64,000 bases of DNA from Candidatus Fervidifonticultor sextus. GTDB taxonomy: Bacteria > Sysuimicrobiota > Sysuimicrobiia > Sysuimicrobiales > Humicultoraceae. Within the stretch, counting starts at the first letter, position 1; every line of letters begins with the position of its first letter. The translations under genes and the position numbers were made by a program. The stretch covers positions 66,609 through 130,608 of the forward strand of contig JAVKHQ010000004.1 of the NCBI GenBank assembly GCA_031459875.1, read 5' to 3'. The notes beneath the pieces were generated by a model. That model worked only from the letters and a program-made list of their open reading frames with translations. It had not been told where the DNA came from and did not search any database. Positions 18,313-30,307 of this stretch are shown one piece after another.

Positions 18313-19902
18313 CTATTTCTGGAGCCACACGTAGTGGAAACCCTGATTGTACTCGATGGGGTGCGGCACGAAGCCCTTCACGTACGACCGCATCACCGCA
18401 ATCTCCTTGGTGGTGTAGAACGGGACGAACATGATGTCGCGCGCGATCATGTCCTGGGCGCGGCCGTAGAGCTCCTCGCGCTCGCGGGGGTTCATGCTGG
18501 TGCGCGCCTGGTCCACGAGTTTGTCGAACTCCGGATTGATGTACCGCCAGGTGTTCCAGCCGCGGGGCGGGGCCTGGTCCGAGCGGAACATGGGCAGCAG
18601 GCTGTAGTCCGCGTCGGCCGTCGTCGTCACCCATCCCAGGGTGAAGAGGTGGTAGTCCAGGGTGGCGGCACGGACCGTGGTGAAAACCGTCGCCCACTCC
18701 AGGAAGGAGATGTCCAGCCGCACGCCGATCTGGCGCAACTGGGCCTGGTAGGCCTCGGAGATCTCGGCGTCCTTGAAGTACCGGCCGCGGGCGCTGATCA
18801 GGGACACGACCAGCGGGATGCCGTCGCGCTGCATGACGCCGTCGGGCCCCGGGCGGAACCCGGCCTCCTGTAGCAGGGCCCGGGCGCGCTCCGGGTTGTA
18901 GGGGTACAGGGTGTCCAGCCCCATGGGCTTGTAGCCGAAGACGCCCGGGGCCAGGATGCCGTCGGCCGGCCCGGCGGCACCTTCCAGGATGTTGTCCAGG
19001 ATGGCCTTGCGGTTGGCGGCCATCACCAGGGCCCGGCGGACGCGGACGTCCGTGAGCGGCGGTCGGGTGAGGTTCATGCCGATGAAAACGACCCGCAGCC
19101 CGGTGGCCTGGGCCACCGTGAAGTTGGGGTCCCGCGCGAAGGCCGGGAGCTGTGCCGGCGCGGGCACCAGCACCATGTCCGCCTCACCGGTGCGCAGCGC
19201 GATCATCCGGGCCGATTCCTCGGGCACCACCCTGAAGACGATGCGGTCGAGATGGGCCTTCTGGCCCCAGTAGTCGTCGTGGCGCACCACCACGATTCGG
19301 TCGTTGGTCCGCCACTCCTCGAACTTGAACGGCCCGGTCCCCACAGGCCGCCGGCTGAACTCGGCCCCGAGGCGCTGGACCGCCGTGGGGCTGACGATGC
19401 CGGCGTAGACCATGGCCGCGCTGTAGAGGAGCGGCGCATACGGCTCGGTGGTGACCAGGTCCACGGTGTAGTCGTCCACGACCTCCGCGCCCTTGATGGG
19501 GCCGGCCAGGCTCGCCCACCGGCCGGGCGAGCGGGGGTCGAAGGCCCGGTCGAAGGTGAACTTGACGGCAGCCGCGTTGAACGGCGTCCCGTCGTGGAAC
19601 TTCACATCACGGCGCAGCGCAAACCGGATCCGCGTCGGCGAGAGCACGCGCCACCCGGTGGCCAGTTTCGGCTGGACCTTCATGTCGGGCCCCATGACCA
19701 CCAGGGGTTCGAGGATCAACTGGTAGACCCACGCGCCGGGCGCGGTGGTCTCGAAATGCGGGTCCAGCGAGACGGCGTCCACCGGGCGGGCGATGGTCAG
19801 GGTCCCTCCCCGGACCGGCCCCGCAGGAGCCGGATGAGCAGGTGGCCCGCTCAGGACGAGGATGAGGCCGACGGCGACGAGCGCCCAGCGTACAGTCCGC
19901 AT
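18313..19902 (-). CDS. Peptide ABC transporter substrate-binding protein (family 5)
   Basis: Signal peptide, LDPH, VKFHDGTPFNA, PVGTGPFKF, DVRVRRAL. Confidence 0.95.
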   Translation of the reverse strand: MRTVRWALVAVGLILVLSGPPAHPAPAGPVRGGTLTIARPVDAVSLDPHFETTAPGAWVYQLILEPLVVMGPDMKVQPKLATGWRVLSPTRIRFALRRDVKFHDGTPFNAAAVKFTFDRAFDPRSPGRWASLAGPIKGAEVVDDYTVDLVTTEPYAPLLYSAAMVYAGIVSPTAVQRLGAEFSRRPVGTGPFKFEEWRTNDRIVVVRHDDYWGQKAHLDRIVFRVVPEESARMIALRTGEADMVLVPAPAQLPAFARDPNFTVAQATGLRVVFIGMNLTRPPLTDVRVRRALVMAANRKAILDNILEGAAGPADGILAPGVFGYKPMGLDTLYPYNPERARALLQEAGFRPGPDGVMQRDGIPLVVSLISARGRYFKDAEISEAYQAQLRQIGVRLDISFLEWATVFTTVRAATLDYHLFTLGWVTTTADADYSLLPMFRSDQAPPRGWNTWRYINPEFDKLVDQARTSMNPREREELYGRAQDMIARDIMFVPFYTTKEIAVMRSYVKGFVPHPIEYNQGFHYVWLQK

Positions 19903-20051
19903 CACGACTTCCCCCCTTGTGCTCGACGGATGCCGCAGACCGGCAATCACTCACGCAAGGTTCGCCGTGCTCCGGCCGTTCCCTCCGCCAGGGGCCGATC
20001 CCGCCGGTCACGAAGAGAGAGGGTGCACCCATGCTTCCGTGGGAGGTCCCT

Positions 20052-21563
20052 ATGTGGTGGCGTACGCGGTGGCACCGATGGATCGTCGTCGCGGCCGTCC
20101 TGGGCCTGCTGGTCCCGCCGTCGGCGGCCCAGGCCCCGATCACCCTGACCTTCATGCACTTCAACGACGTCTACCAGCTGGGTCCCGTAGACGGGGGCAG
20201 GGCGGGAGGCCTCGACCGGCTCGCCTTCGAGATCAAGCGCATCCGCGCCGCCGATCCCCAGGCGCAGCTGCTCTTTTCGGGCGACCTGATCTCGCCGTCG
20301 CTGGAGTCGTCGGTCTTCAATAAGGGGGCCCAGATGATCGAAGGGGCCAACGCGCTGGGCATCGACGCGGCGACGCTGGGCAACCACGAGTTCGACCACG
20401 GCCCCGACGTCCTGCAGCAGCGGCTGGCCGAATCCACCTTCCCCTGGATCGTGACGAACCTCTACCAGGCCGACTTCTCCCGCGTGCCCCGCACGCGGTT
20501 GGTGCTGATCAAGCCCGTCCGGGGCGTCGTCGTCGGCTACTTCGGGCTGCTCACCCGGGACACGCTGATCTCCTCCAGCCCGGGGCCGAACATCCGCATC
20601 GTGGACGAACTCGGGACCGCGCGCGGCGTCCTGCCGGTCCTGCAGCGCGGAGGCGCCCGGGTCGTCGTGGGGGTCACGCACCTCCCCATGGCCCTGGACC
20701 AGCAGATCCTGCGCGAGGTACCCGGCATCCACTTCATCGCCGGCGGCCACGACCACGACCCGATGCGGGCGACGGTGGGCGGCGCCCTGGTCGCCAAGGC
20801 CGGCTCCGACGCCAGGTGGCTGGGCGTCGTCCGCCTGCAGGTGACGCCTGACGGCCGCCTGCTCGGGCTGCGCGACCAACTCATTCCCATTACGGATCAG
20901 ACCCCTGCCGACCCGGAGGTCGCGGCCATCGTCAAGAAGTATGCCGACCGGTTGAGCCGGGAGATGGACGTGGTCATCGGCCGGACCACGGTGCCGCTGG
21001 ATGCCCGCAACGTCACCGTGCGGACGGCCGAGGCGCCCCTGGGCAACTTCATCGCCGACGTGATGCGCCGGGCTGCAGACGCCGACGTCGCCATCACCAA
21101 CGGCGGCGGGATCCGGACCAACGCCATCTTCCCGGCAGGCGAGATCAGACGCCGGGACGTGCTGGCCTGGCTGCCCTTCGGCAACGTCGTGGTGAAGGTG
21201 CGGATGACCGGCGCGGCGATCCGCGCGGCGCTGGAGAACGGCGTCAGCCAGGTGGAAGGCCTCAGCGGCCGGTTTCCCCAGGTCTCGGGCCTGGCCTTCA
21301 CCTTCAGCCGCAGCCGGCCGCCGGGGGCGCGCGTCGTCTCGGTCACGGTCGGCGGGCGGCCGCTGGATCCGGACGCCCTCTACACGGTGGCGACCAACGA
21401 CTTCATGCGCCGGGGAGGGGACGGTTACGAGACCATCAAGAGCGCCGAGGTCGTCATCGATGAGGCCGGCGGACCGGTCATGGCCACCATCGTGGCGCAG
21501 GCGATCCAGCAGGACGGGGCCATCAGCCCCCGCGTGGAGGGCCGCATCACCGTCACGCCGTAG
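20052..21563 (+). CDS. Secreted bifunctional metallophosphatase/5'-nucleotidase
   Basis: HFNDVY, SGD, LGNHEFD, GGHDH, NGGGIR, LPFGN, GRFPQVSG. GGAGG precedes ATG 20052. Confidence 0.94.
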   Translation: MWWRTRWHRWIVVAAVLGLLVPPSAAQAPITLTFMHFNDVYQLGPVDGGRAGGLDRLAFEIKRIRAADPQAQLLFSGDLISPSLESSVFNKGAQMIEGANALGIDAATLGNHEFDHGPDVLQQRLAESTFPWIVTNLYQADFSRVPRTRLVLIKPVRGVVVGYFGLLTRDTLISSSPGPNIRIVDELGTARGVLPVLQRGGARVVVGVTHLPMALDQQILREVPGIHFIAGGHDHDPMRATVGGALVAKAGSDARWLGVVRLQVTPDGRLLGLRDQLIPITDQTPADPEVAAIVKKYADRLSREMDVVIGRTTVPLDARNVTVRTAEAPLGNFIADVMRRAADADVAITNGGGIRTNAIFPAGEIRRRDVLAWLPFGNVVVKVRMTGAAIRAALENGVSQVEGLSGRFPQVSGLAFTFSRSRPPGARVVSVTVGGRPLDPDALYTVATNDFMRRGGDGYETIKSAEVVIDEAGGPVMATIVAQAIQQDGAISPRVEGRITVTP

Positions 21564-21584
21564 CCCTCGGCGCGGCAGCAGGCC

Positions 21585-22058
21585 TCAGGGCCGGGCCGCC
21601 TGCCCGGTGAGGGCATCCAGCACCTCCTCGACGTGCCCCTCCACGCGGACCCGGGGAAAGATACGGGTGATCACGCCTCGCTCGTCGATGATGAACGTGG
21701 TGCGCGCGGTGCCCATGGAGGTCCGGCCGTAGCGGCTCTTCCTGACCCAGACGCCGTAGGCCCGGACGATTTTGCGCTCGGGGTCGGCCAGCAGCGGGAA
21801 GGGCAGGCCGTGTTTCTCCTTGAACCGCGCATGCGAGGCGGCAGTGTCGGTGCTGACCCCCAGCACCACGGCGCCGCGATCCTGGATCGCACGGTAGTGG
21901 TCGCGGAGGGCGCACGCTTCCTTCGTGCAGCCCGGCGTGTCGTCTCTGGGATAGAAGTAGAGGACGACCTTCCGCCCCCGGAAGTCCCGCAACGAGACCG
22001 TCTTGCCCTCATCGGTGATGGCGGTGAACTCCGGGGCCCGGTCTCCCACCTTCAGCAT
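21585..22058 (-). CDS. bcp: Peroxiredoxin BCP/PrxQ
   Basis: [17 protein letters not shown]. Confidence 0.96.
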   Translation of the reverse strand: MLKVGDRAPEFTAITDEGKTVSLRDFRGRKVVLYFYPRDDTPGCTKEACALRDHYRAIQDRGAVVLGVSTDTAASHARFKEKHGLPFPLLADPERKIVRAYGVWVRKSRYGRTSMGTARTTFIIDERGVITRIFPRVRVEGHVEEVLDALTGQAARP

Positions 22059-22103
22059 AGTGTCCTCCTTCGACCGCCCGCCGCCGGCATCGCCGCGCGG
22101 GCG

Positions 22104-23000
22104 TCACCGGGTGAGCAGGCCTTCCAGCGCAGCCCGCAATCCGGTCCAGCGGAACGCGAACCCCTGCGCCTGCAGCTTCGCAGGGACCACCCGCTGGCTG
22201 GCCAGGACCATCTCGTCGGCCATCGCCCCCAGCACCAGCCGCAAGGCGAACGCCGGGGCCGGCAGCACCGCCGGGCGGCGCAGCACCGCCGCCAGGGTCC
22301 TGGCGAACTCGCGGTTGGTCACGGGCGTCGGTCCGACGACGTTGACCGGCCCGGCCAGCGCCGGGTTCTGGATGGCCGCCAGGATCGCCGCCACCGCGTC
22401 GTCGAGATGGATCCAGGACCACCACTGCCGGCCGGCGCCCAGCGGCCCGCCCAGTCCCATCCGAAAAAGCGGCACGAGCGGCGCGAGCGCGCCGCCCTCC
22501 CGCGCCAGGACGAGCCCGAAGCGGGTGCAGACGACCCGCACCCCCCGCTCCTCGGCGCGACGGGCCTCCGCTTCCCAGGCCCGTGTCACGTCCGCCAGGA
22601 ATCCCCGGCCGGGCGGCGACGACTCGTCGAGCACCTCGTCGCCGCGATCGCCGTAGTAGCCGATCGCCGAGGCGGAGACCAGGACCGACGGCCGCGCGTC
22701 GGCTCGCCTGAGCGTGTCCACGAGGAGGCGGGTGGAACGGACGCGGCTCTCGAGGATCTCGGACCGCGTCCGGGCCGTCCACCGGCCCCTGGCAATGCTG
22801 CGGCCCGCCAGGTTGACGACGGCGCTCGCGCCCTCGAACACGCCCGGATCGAGATACCCGGTCTGGGGATCCCAGGCGATCTCGTCAGGCCCCACGGGAG
22901 GCCGGGCCAGGCGCGCCACCTCCACGCCCTGCGCGCGCAGGACCGCGACCAGCGCCGTGCCAATCATGCCCGAAGCCCCCGCGATGACGATGCGCCGCAT
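22104..23000 (-). CDS. TIGR01777 family NAD-dependent epimerase-like oxidoreductase
   Basis: GASGMIG, VVNLAG, SASAIGYYG, GGPLGAGRQWWSWIH. Confidence 0.93.
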   Translation of the reverse strand: MRRIVIAGASGMIGTALVAVLRAQGVEVARLARPPVGPDEIAWDPQTGYLDPGVFEGASAVVNLAGRSIARGRWTARTRSEILESRVRSTRLLVDTLRRADARPSVLVSASAIGYYGDRGDEVLDESSPPGRGFLADVTRAWEAEARRAEERGVRVVCTRFGLVLAREGGALAPLVPLFRMGLGGPLGAGRQWWSWIHLDDAVAAILAAIQNPALAGPVNVVGPTPVTNREFARTLAAVLRRPAVLPAPAFALRLVLGAMADEMVLASQRVVPAKLQAQGFAFRWTGLRAALEGLLTR

Positions 23001-23237
23001 CGAGGCTCCCGCTGCGAACCGGGGTGGCTGGCAAGAAGAATCTCCGTTCCCCCATGCCTTTCGGCGATTGGGAAGACCTCTCCTGGCCCTCCGGCTCCTG
23101 CGCGGTGGCCCGCATCAGGCCGCGACCCGATGTAGGATCACCACGGCATCCATAGAGTGTGAAATGGGCAGACGCGCCTACCCAAGTGGAGGGGTGTCGA
23201 GTGTCCTGTCTATCGCCTGGGCAAGGGAGGGATCGAG

Positions 23238-24404
23238 ATGCGCAGCACGCTCGGGCGGCTGACTGTCATGGCCGCCTTGCTCATGGTCGTGGTCGCGGTG
23301 CCGGCTGCGCTGGGCCAGGTCCCGACCATCAAGATCGGCTTCTTCGCGCCGCTGACGGGTCCGGCGGCGCCCGACGGGACCAGTTCCCGCAACGGAGCCC
23401 AGATGGCCGTCGACGAGATCAACGCGGCCGGCGGCGTGCTCGGTCGTCCCTTGGGGCTGGTGGTCTATGACGACCGGCTGTCGGCCAGCGAGGCCGTAGC
23501 CATCGCCCACCGGTTGATCGAGCGCGACCGGGTCGTGGCGGTGGTGGCCGGTTCCTACAGCGGGCCCACCCGGGCCACCGCGCCGATCTTCCAGAGCGCA
23601 GGGATTCCCACCGTCGCCGCCTACGCCGTCCACCCGGACATCACCAAGGCCGGCGATTACGTGTTCCGCAACAGCTTCCTGGGAACGATCCAGGGCAAGG
23701 CCGGCGCGTATCTGGCGGCCAGGATCCTCAACGCGAAGACCGCCTCGATCCTGGTCATGGACATCGACTTCGGACGGGCGCTGGCCTCGGGGTTTAGGAC
23801 CCAGGCCGCGGCCTACGGGCTGCGGATCGTCTCCGAGGACACCTATCCCCTCGGGGAAAAGGAGTTCGCGCCGCTGCTGACCAAGATCAAGGGATTGAAC
23901 CCCGACGTCATCTATGCCACGGCGTACTTCGCCGAAGCCGCACAGATCGTCCGGCAGGCGAAGGCGCTGGGGATCACCAGCAGGATCATCGGTCAGGAGG
24001 GCTACGACTCTCCCAAGTTCCTCGAACTGGCCGGACCGGCTGCGGAGGGGGTCATCATCACCACCAACCTCAACCGGGACGACACCCGGCCGGTGGCGCA
24101 GCAGTTCCTCGGTCGCTACAAGGCCCGGTTTGGGATCGACGCGGACATGGTCGGCGCCTCCAGCTACGATGCGGTGCGGATCATTGCCGCCGCCATCGAG
24201 AAGGCGGGCGTGGTCTCGCCGCCGCGGATCCGCGACCAGATCTACCGCATTGCGAACTTCGACGGCGTCACCGGGATCATCCGGGGCTACAACAAACTGG
24301 GCGAGGTCCTCAAGACGGTGCAGGTGCAGATCGTCAGGGAGGGCCGCTTCAGGTACTTCGCGGTCATCGACGACCCGGCAGTGATCACGCCGCCGACGGA
24401 GTAG
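23238..24404 (+). CDS. Branched-chain amino acid-type ABC substrate-binding protein
   Basis: Signal peptide, IKIGFFAPLTG, AVDEINAAGGVLGR. Confidence 0.94.
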   Translation: MRSTLGRLTVMAALLMVVVAVPAALGQVPTIKIGFFAPLTGPAAPDGTSSRNGAQMAVDEINAAGGVLGRPLGLVVYDDRLSASEAVAIAHRLIERDRVVAVVAGSYSGPTRATAPIFQSAGIPTVAAYAVHPDITKAGDYVFRNSFLGTIQGKAGAYLAARILNAKTASILVMDIDFGRALASGFRTQAAAYGLRIVSEDTYPLGEKEFAPLLTKIKGLNPDVIYATAYFAEAAQIVRQAKALGITSRIIGQEGYDSPKFLELAGPAAEGVIITTNLNRDDTRPVAQQFLGRYKARFGIDADMVGASSYDAVRIIAAAIEKAGVVSPPRIRDQIYRIANFDGVTGIIRGYNKLGEVLKTVQVQIVREGRFRYFAVIDDPAVITPPTE

Positions 24405-24413
24405 TCGCCAGGG

Positions 24414-24444
24414 GAGGCGGGGCACGGCGGCTCTGCCCCGCCTC
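24414..24444 (+). terminator. Intercistronic hairpin after the substrate-binding protein gene
   Basis: GAGGCGGGGCA...TGCCCCGCCTC, an 11-bp stem without a U-tract. Confidence 0.5.
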
Positions 24445-24459
24445 TCCCCACTCCGCCCG

Positions 24460-25323
24460 ATGATCGGGTTCTGGCAGCAACTTATCAACGGCGTCACCGT
24501 CGGCAGCACCTACGCCCTGATCGCCCTGGGCCTGGCCATGGTCTACGGCGTGCTGCGCATCCTCCACATTGCGCACGCCGGGGTCTTCACCCTGGGAGCC
24601 TATGTGGGGCTGGTGCTGCACGCGCGGACCGCCAGCCTGCCCACGGCGTTCCTGGGTGCCATGCTGGCCTGTGGGGTTGCCGGCGTCCTGATCCAGCGCT
24701 GGCTCTACCGGCCGCTACTGAACCAGCCGCGGATCGTTCCCCTCATTGCCAGCATCGGCCTGTTCATCTTCATGGAGGACCTGTTCCGGCTGCTGGCCGG
24801 GCCCTACGTCCTGGCCTTCCGCCTCGATGCCGAGGTCCGGCCGCTGGAGATCGCGGGCGCCGCCGTCACCGGTGTCCAGGTCATGACGCTGATCGTGACG
24901 GCCGTGCTGCTGGGCGCAGTCTGGCTGCTGGTGGGGAAGACGTGGCTGGGGCTGGGATGGCGCGCGGCGGCGCAGGACCTGGGGATGGCCGCAGCGGTGG
25001 GCGTGAACGCGCACCGCGTCGTCGCCCTCAACTTCGCCTTCGGCTCGGCCGTGGCGGGGGCAGCCGGGGTGTTGATCGGCGCGCTCTACAACGCCGTCTA
25101 CCCCACGATGGGCAGCGTCCCCGCCTACAAGGCGCTGGCCGTGATCGTGCTGGGCGGACTGGGAAACGTGTGGGGCACCGTCGTGGCCGGGGTGCTGCTG
25201 GGGCTGGTGGAGACGTTCCTGGTGGGAATCGTCGGCGGTCTGCTGCCCCGCGACTCGATCGCCTTCGTCGCCCTGATCCTGATGCTGCTGTTCCGGCCCA
25301 CCGGACTGTTCGGGGAGCGCTAG
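24460..25323 (+). CDS. Branched-chain amino acid ABC permease, LivH family
   Basis: QQLINGVTVGSTYALIALG, IVLGGLG, LLFRPTGLFG. Confidence 0.94.
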   Translation: MIGFWQQLINGVTVGSTYALIALGLAMVYGVLRILHIAHAGVFTLGAYVGLVLHARTASLPTAFLGAMLACGVAGVLIQRWLYRPLLNQPRIVPLIASIGLFIFMEDLFRLLAGPYVLAFRLDAEVRPLEIAGAAVTGVQVMTLIVTAVLLGAVWLLVGKTWLGLGWRAAAQDLGMAAAVGVNAHRVVALNFAFGSAVAGAAGVLIGALYNAVYPTMGSVPAYKALAVIVLGGLGNVWGTVVAGVLLGLVETFLVGIVGGLLPRDSIAFVALILMLLFRPTGLFGER

Positions 25324-25327
25324 GCGC

Positions 25328-26260
25328 ATGCCGGAGGTCGGGCTGTACTACTACACGCTGGGCATCACGGTCGGGATCTGGATGATCCTGGTCATGGGCC
25401 AGAACATCATCACGGGATACGCGGGCCAGATCTCCCTGGGGCATGCCGCCTTCTTCGGGGTGGGCGCCTACGCCTCTGCGGTGTTGAGCACCACGTACGG
25501 GGTCGTCTTCTGGCTGGCCCTGCCGGCCAGCGTGCTCATCACGGCGGTCGTGGGGGCCCTTCTGGGATCGGTCAGCCTGCGCCTGCGTCACGACTTCCTG
25601 GCCATCACCACCATCGGGATCAACTTCGTGGTGGTCTCGGTGTTCCTGTACTCGGAGTACTTCGGCGGGTCGCTGGGTATCGGCGGCATCCCCCTCCCCC
25701 GGGCGATGGGCGTGGTGTTCACCAAGCCCCTCTACCTGGGCCTCGTGGTGGCGGCCCTGGGCCTGGCCGCCGCCGCGGACCGGCTGCTCAAGCGGTCCTG
25801 GCTGGGGCTGAGCCTGGAGGCCATCCGCGAGGAGGAGACGGCCGCCGCGGCCTCGGGGCTGAACGTGAGCGCGCTGAAGATCACGGCCTTTGCGGTGGGC
25901 ACCGGCTACGCGGGCCTGGCCGGCAGCCTGTACGCGCACTTCATGACCTTCATCAGCCCGCACGACTTCGCGTTCCCGGTCTCCATCACGATCCTGTGCA
26001 TGGCGGTGCTCGGCGGTCTGGGGACGCTGCGAGGCGCCCTGGTGGGTGCGCTGCTGCTGGGCCTGGCGCCCGAACTGTTCCGCTTCCTGAGGGACTACCG
26101 CATGCTCACCTACGGCGCGCTGCTAGTGCTGCTGATGCGCTACCTGCCCTCGGGCCTGCTGGGGGATGCCAGCCCGCTCTGGCAGCGGCTGATCACGCGC
26201 CCGCGCGGTGTGCGCGGAGGGGTCGCCTATGGCGGTGCTGTCGATCCGCCAGGTCTTTAA
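25328..26260 (+). CDS. Branched-chain amino acid ABC permease, LivM family
   Basis: GYAGQISLGHAAFFGVGAY, AIREEETAA. Confidence 0.94.
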   Translation: MPEVGLYYYTLGITVGIWMILVMGQNIITGYAGQISLGHAAFFGVGAYASAVLSTTYGVVFWLALPASVLITAVVGALLGSVSLRLRHDFLAITTIGINFVVVSVFLYSEYFGGSLGIGGIPLPRAMGVVFTKPLYLGLVVAALGLAAAADRLLKRSWLGLSLEAIREEETAAAASGLNVSALKITAFAVGTGYAGLAGSLYAHFMTFISPHDFAFPVSITILCMAVLGGLGTLRGALVGALLLGLAPELFRFLRDYRMLTYGALLVLLMRYLPSGLLGDASPLWQRLITRPRGVRGGVAYGGAVDPPGL

Positions 26261-26976
26261 GCACTTCGACGGCGTCGCGGCCCTGCGGGGGGTGAGCCTC
26301 GACGTTGAGGCGGGGGAGATCCTGGGCCTCATCGGTCCCAACGGTGCCGGGAAGACGACGCTGTTCAACGTGATCAGCGGGGTCTTTCCGCCGTCGGCCG
26401 GGGCCGTGCTCTACGAGGGCCGGCCGATCCACGGGCTGCCGGCGCATGCGGTCGCCAGAATGGGCATCGGCCGCACCTTTCAGATCCCGCGGCCTTTTGC
26501 GGATCTCAGCGTCCTGCGCAACGTGCTGGTGGCGCTGGGGCACCGGGCGGTGCAGCACCCGCTGACTGCGTTGCGACCCTGCGAGCAGGCCGAGGCGCTC
26601 GCAGAGGCCCACCGCATCCTGTCGCGGGTCGGGTTGAGCGAGCACGAGGCCACGCCCGCCCGGTTCCTGCCGCTGGGGCTGCAGCGGCACCTGGAAGTGG
26701 CGCGGGCCCTGGCGCTGCGCCCCCGGCTGCTCCTGCTGGACGAGCCCACCGCCGGGGTGAGCGGCCGCGAGGCAGACGCCATGATGGCGCTCGTCCGCCA
26801 GCTCCGAGACGAAGGGCTGACGTGTGTGCTGGTGGAGCACAACATGCGCGTGGCCATGGGGCTGTGCAGGCGGATTGCGGTCCTCCACTACGGCGAGAAG
26901 ATCAGCGAGGGGCCCCCGGAGGCGGTGGCGCGGGACCCCCGGGTCATCGAGGCGTACCTGGGCACGGAGGACGAAC

Positions 26977-26990
<14 letters not shown>
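26229..26990 (+). CDS. ABC ATPase, LivG family
   Basis: GPNGAGKTT, RTFQ, LLLLDEP, EHNM, VIEAYLG. Confidence 0.94.
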
Positions 26991-27684
<694 letters not shown>

Positions 27685-27711
27685 ACACCGGCAGAAGGGG
27701 AGGAGTCGCCC

Positions 27712-29379
27712 ATGGCTGACGGCGTGCAGCACCGCGTGATCCGCGCCCCGCGCGGCACCGCCATCTCCTGCCGGGGGTGGCCGCAGGAGGCCGCGCTGCG
27801 CATGCTGATGAACAACCTGGACCCCGAGGTCGCCGAGAGGCCAGACGAACTCATCGTCTACGGCGGCACGGGCAAGGCCGCCCGGGACTGGGCCGCCTTC
27901 GACGCGCTGGTCGCGTCGCTGCGCGCCCTGGGAGGCGACGAGACGCTGCTGGTGCAGTCGGGCAAACCGGTCGGGGTCTTCCGCACCCACGAGTGGGCGC
28001 CGCGGGTGGTGATCAGCAACAGCATGCTGGTGCCGGCCTGGGCCACCTGGGAACACTTCTGGGAGTACGAGGCCAAAGGGCTGACCATGTTCGGCCAGAT
28101 GACGGCCGGCTCGTGGATCTACATCGGCACCCAGGGCATCCTTCAGGGCACCTACGAGACGTTCGCGGCGGTCGCCCGCCAGCACTTCAGGGGGTCGCTG
28201 GCGGGCCGGCTGGTGCTGACCGCCGGCCTCGGCGGGATGGGCGGTGCGCAGCCGATGGCCATCACCATGAATGAAGGAGTCGCGCTGGTGGTCGAGGTGG
28301 ATCCGGCGCGCATCTACCGGCGGAAGTCCCAGGGGTGGGTGGACCGGACGACGGACTCGCTGGACGAGGCACTGATCTGGGTGGAAGGGGCGCGGCGGGC
28401 GCGGACGCCGCTGTCGGTGGCCCTGCTGGGCAATGCCGCCGACGTCGTCCCCGAGATCGCGCGCCGCGGCGTGCCCGTCGACGTCGTCACCGACCAGACC
28501 TCCGCTCACGACCCGCTGGGCGGCTACATCCCCTCCGGCGTCGGCCCCGAAGAGGCGCCGCGCCTCCGGGCGGAGGATCCGGCAGGATACGTACAGCGCT
28601 CCCGCGCCTCCATGGCCCGCCACTGCCACGCCATCGTGCGGCTGATGCGCGCCGGGGCGGTGGCCTTCGACTACGGCAACAACCTCCGCGGCCAGGCGAG
28701 GGAGGGCGGCTTCGCCGACGCCTTTGCCTACCCGGGGTTCGTCCAGGCCTACATCCGGCCGCTGTTCTGCGAGGGCAAGGGACCCTTCCGCTGGGTCGCC
28801 CTCTCCGGCGATCCGGCCGACATCGCCGCCACCGACGAGGTCATCCTGCGGCTGTTCCCCGACGACGCGGCCCTGGGTCGCTGGATCCGACTGGCGCAGG
28901 ACCGCGTGCCCTTCCAGGGCCTGCCAGCCCGCATCTGCTGGCTGGGCTACGGCGAGCGCGCGCGGGCCGGGCTGGCGTTCAACGACCTGGTGCGCACCGG
29001 GCAGGTTGCCGCGCCAATCGTGATCGGTCGAGACCACCTGGACGCCGGGTCGGTGGCCTCGCCGCTGCGCGAGACCGAGGGGATGCTGGACGGGTCCGAC
29101 GCCATCGCCGACTGGCCGATCCTCAATGCGCTGGTGAACACCTGCGCCGGCGCGACCTGGGTGGCGGTCCACCACGGCGGCGGCGTGGGGATCGGGTACT
29201 CGATCCACGCCGGGCAGGTGAGCGTCGCCGACGGGACTGAGCTCGCCGCCCGGAAGCTCGAACGGGTCCTGACCACCGACCCCGGCACGGGGATCATCCG
29301 GCACGCCGATGCGGGATACGAGCGCGCGCGCCAGGTCGCCCGCGAGCGCGGCGTGCGCATCCCGTCGCTGGAGGCCTGA
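27712..29379 (+). CDS. hutU: Urocanate hydratase
   Basis: [52 protein letters not shown]. Confidence 0.97.
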   Translation: MADGVQHRVIRAPRGTAISCRGWPQEAALRMLMNNLDPEVAERPDELIVYGGTGKAARDWAAFDALVASLRALGGDETLLVQSGKPVGVFRTHEWAPRVVISNSMLVPAWATWEHFWEYEAKGLTMFGQMTAGSWIYIGTQGILQGTYETFAAVARQHFRGSLAGRLVLTAGLGGMGGAQPMAITMNEGVALVVEVDPARIYRRKSQGWVDRTTDSLDEALIWVEGARRARTPLSVALLGNAADVVPEIARRGVPVDVVTDQTSAHDPLGGYIPSGVGPEEAPRLRAEDPAGYVQRSRASMARHCHAIVRLMRAGAVAFDYGNNLRGQAREGGFADAFAYPGFVQAYIRPLFCEGKGPFRWVALSGDPADIAATDEVILRLFPDDAALGRWIRLAQDRVPFQGLPARICWLGYGERARAGLAFNDLVRTGQVAAPIVIGRDHLDAGSVASPLRETEGMLDGSDAIADWPILNALVNTCAGATWVAVHHGGGVGIGYSIHAGQVSVADGTELAARKLERVLTTDPGTGIIRHADAGYERARQVARERGVRIPSLEA

Positions 29380-29391
29380 GGTTCCCGCCCG

Positions 29392-30294
29392 ATGAGGGCC
29401 GCCCCGGACACCGCCAGCGCCGTGGGGCTGCTGGCGGTGGCGGCCGCGGCCTTCCTGTGGGCCACCCTGGGCGTGGCAGGCAGGGCGCTCTATGCTGCAG
29501 GGGCCGAGCCGCTGGTCGTGGTGGCCTGGCGGGCCATCCTGGCCGTCCTGGTCCTGGGGGCCGGGCTGGCGATCCTGGGGCCCGGGCTCCCGCGCCTCCC
29601 GCCGCGCGAACTCCCGTTCTTCGCCCTCTACGGCCTGGTCGCCGCGTCCAACTATGCGTGTTACTTCCTGGCGTTACGCCATGTCCCCGTCGCCGTGGCG
29701 ATCATTCTGCTGTACACCTACCCCGCGTTTGTCGCGGTGGCGGCCCGCTTCCTCTTTGCGGAACCGCTCAGCCCGGCCAAGACGCTGGCCCTGGGCCTGT
29801 CCTTCGCCGGCGTGGTGCTGGTCGGCGGCGGGCTCTACGTCGGGACGGCGCGCCTCAGCCTCCCGGGCGTGGTCTACGGGCTGGGGGCCGCAGTCACGAT
29901 GGCCGCCTACAGCCTGCTGGGGAAGCGCGCCACGCGACACCACGATCCGTGGACGGTGACCCTGTTCTCGCTGGCGTTTGCAGCGCTCTCGCTCGCCGCC
30001 GCCCTGGGCCCGCGGCTGGCGCGCGCATTCGCGTATACGCCGCCGATGTGGGCAGGGTTGGTCTACCTGGCGGTCGGCCCGACGCTGCTGGCCTACGGCC
30101 TGTTCCTGTGGGCGCTGGGGCGCGTCGAGGTGAGCCGGGCCAGCGTCTGGACCACGCTGGAACCCCCCATGGCCGCCGCGCTGGCGTTCCTGTGCCTGGG
30201 CGAAGTCCCAAGCGCCGTGCAGGTGGTGGGCGGGGTGCTGGTCCTGGCCGGCGTCGGGGTCCTCCAGTGGCGGCCGGCTACTCCAGCAGCGTGA
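29392..30294 (+). CDS. EamA/DMT family transporter
   Basis: About 10 TM segments in two repeats; LLYTYP, LEP...LGE. Confidence 0.92.
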   Translation: MRAAPDTASAVGLLAVAAAAFLWATLGVAGRALYAAGAEPLVVVAWRAILAVLVLGAGLAILGPGLPRLPPRELPFFALYGLVAASNYACYFLALRHVPVAVAIILLYTYPAFVAVAARFLFAEPLSPAKTLALGLSFAGVVLVGGGLYVGTARLSLPGVVYGLGAAVTMAAYSLLGKRATRHHDPWTVTLFSLAFAALSLAAALGPRLARAFAYTPPMWAGLVYLAVGPTLLAYGLFLWALGRVEVSRASVWTTLEPPMAAALAFLCLGEVPSAVQVVGGVLVLAGVGVLQWRPATPAA

Positions 30295-30307
30295 CAGGGC
30301 CCCGACC

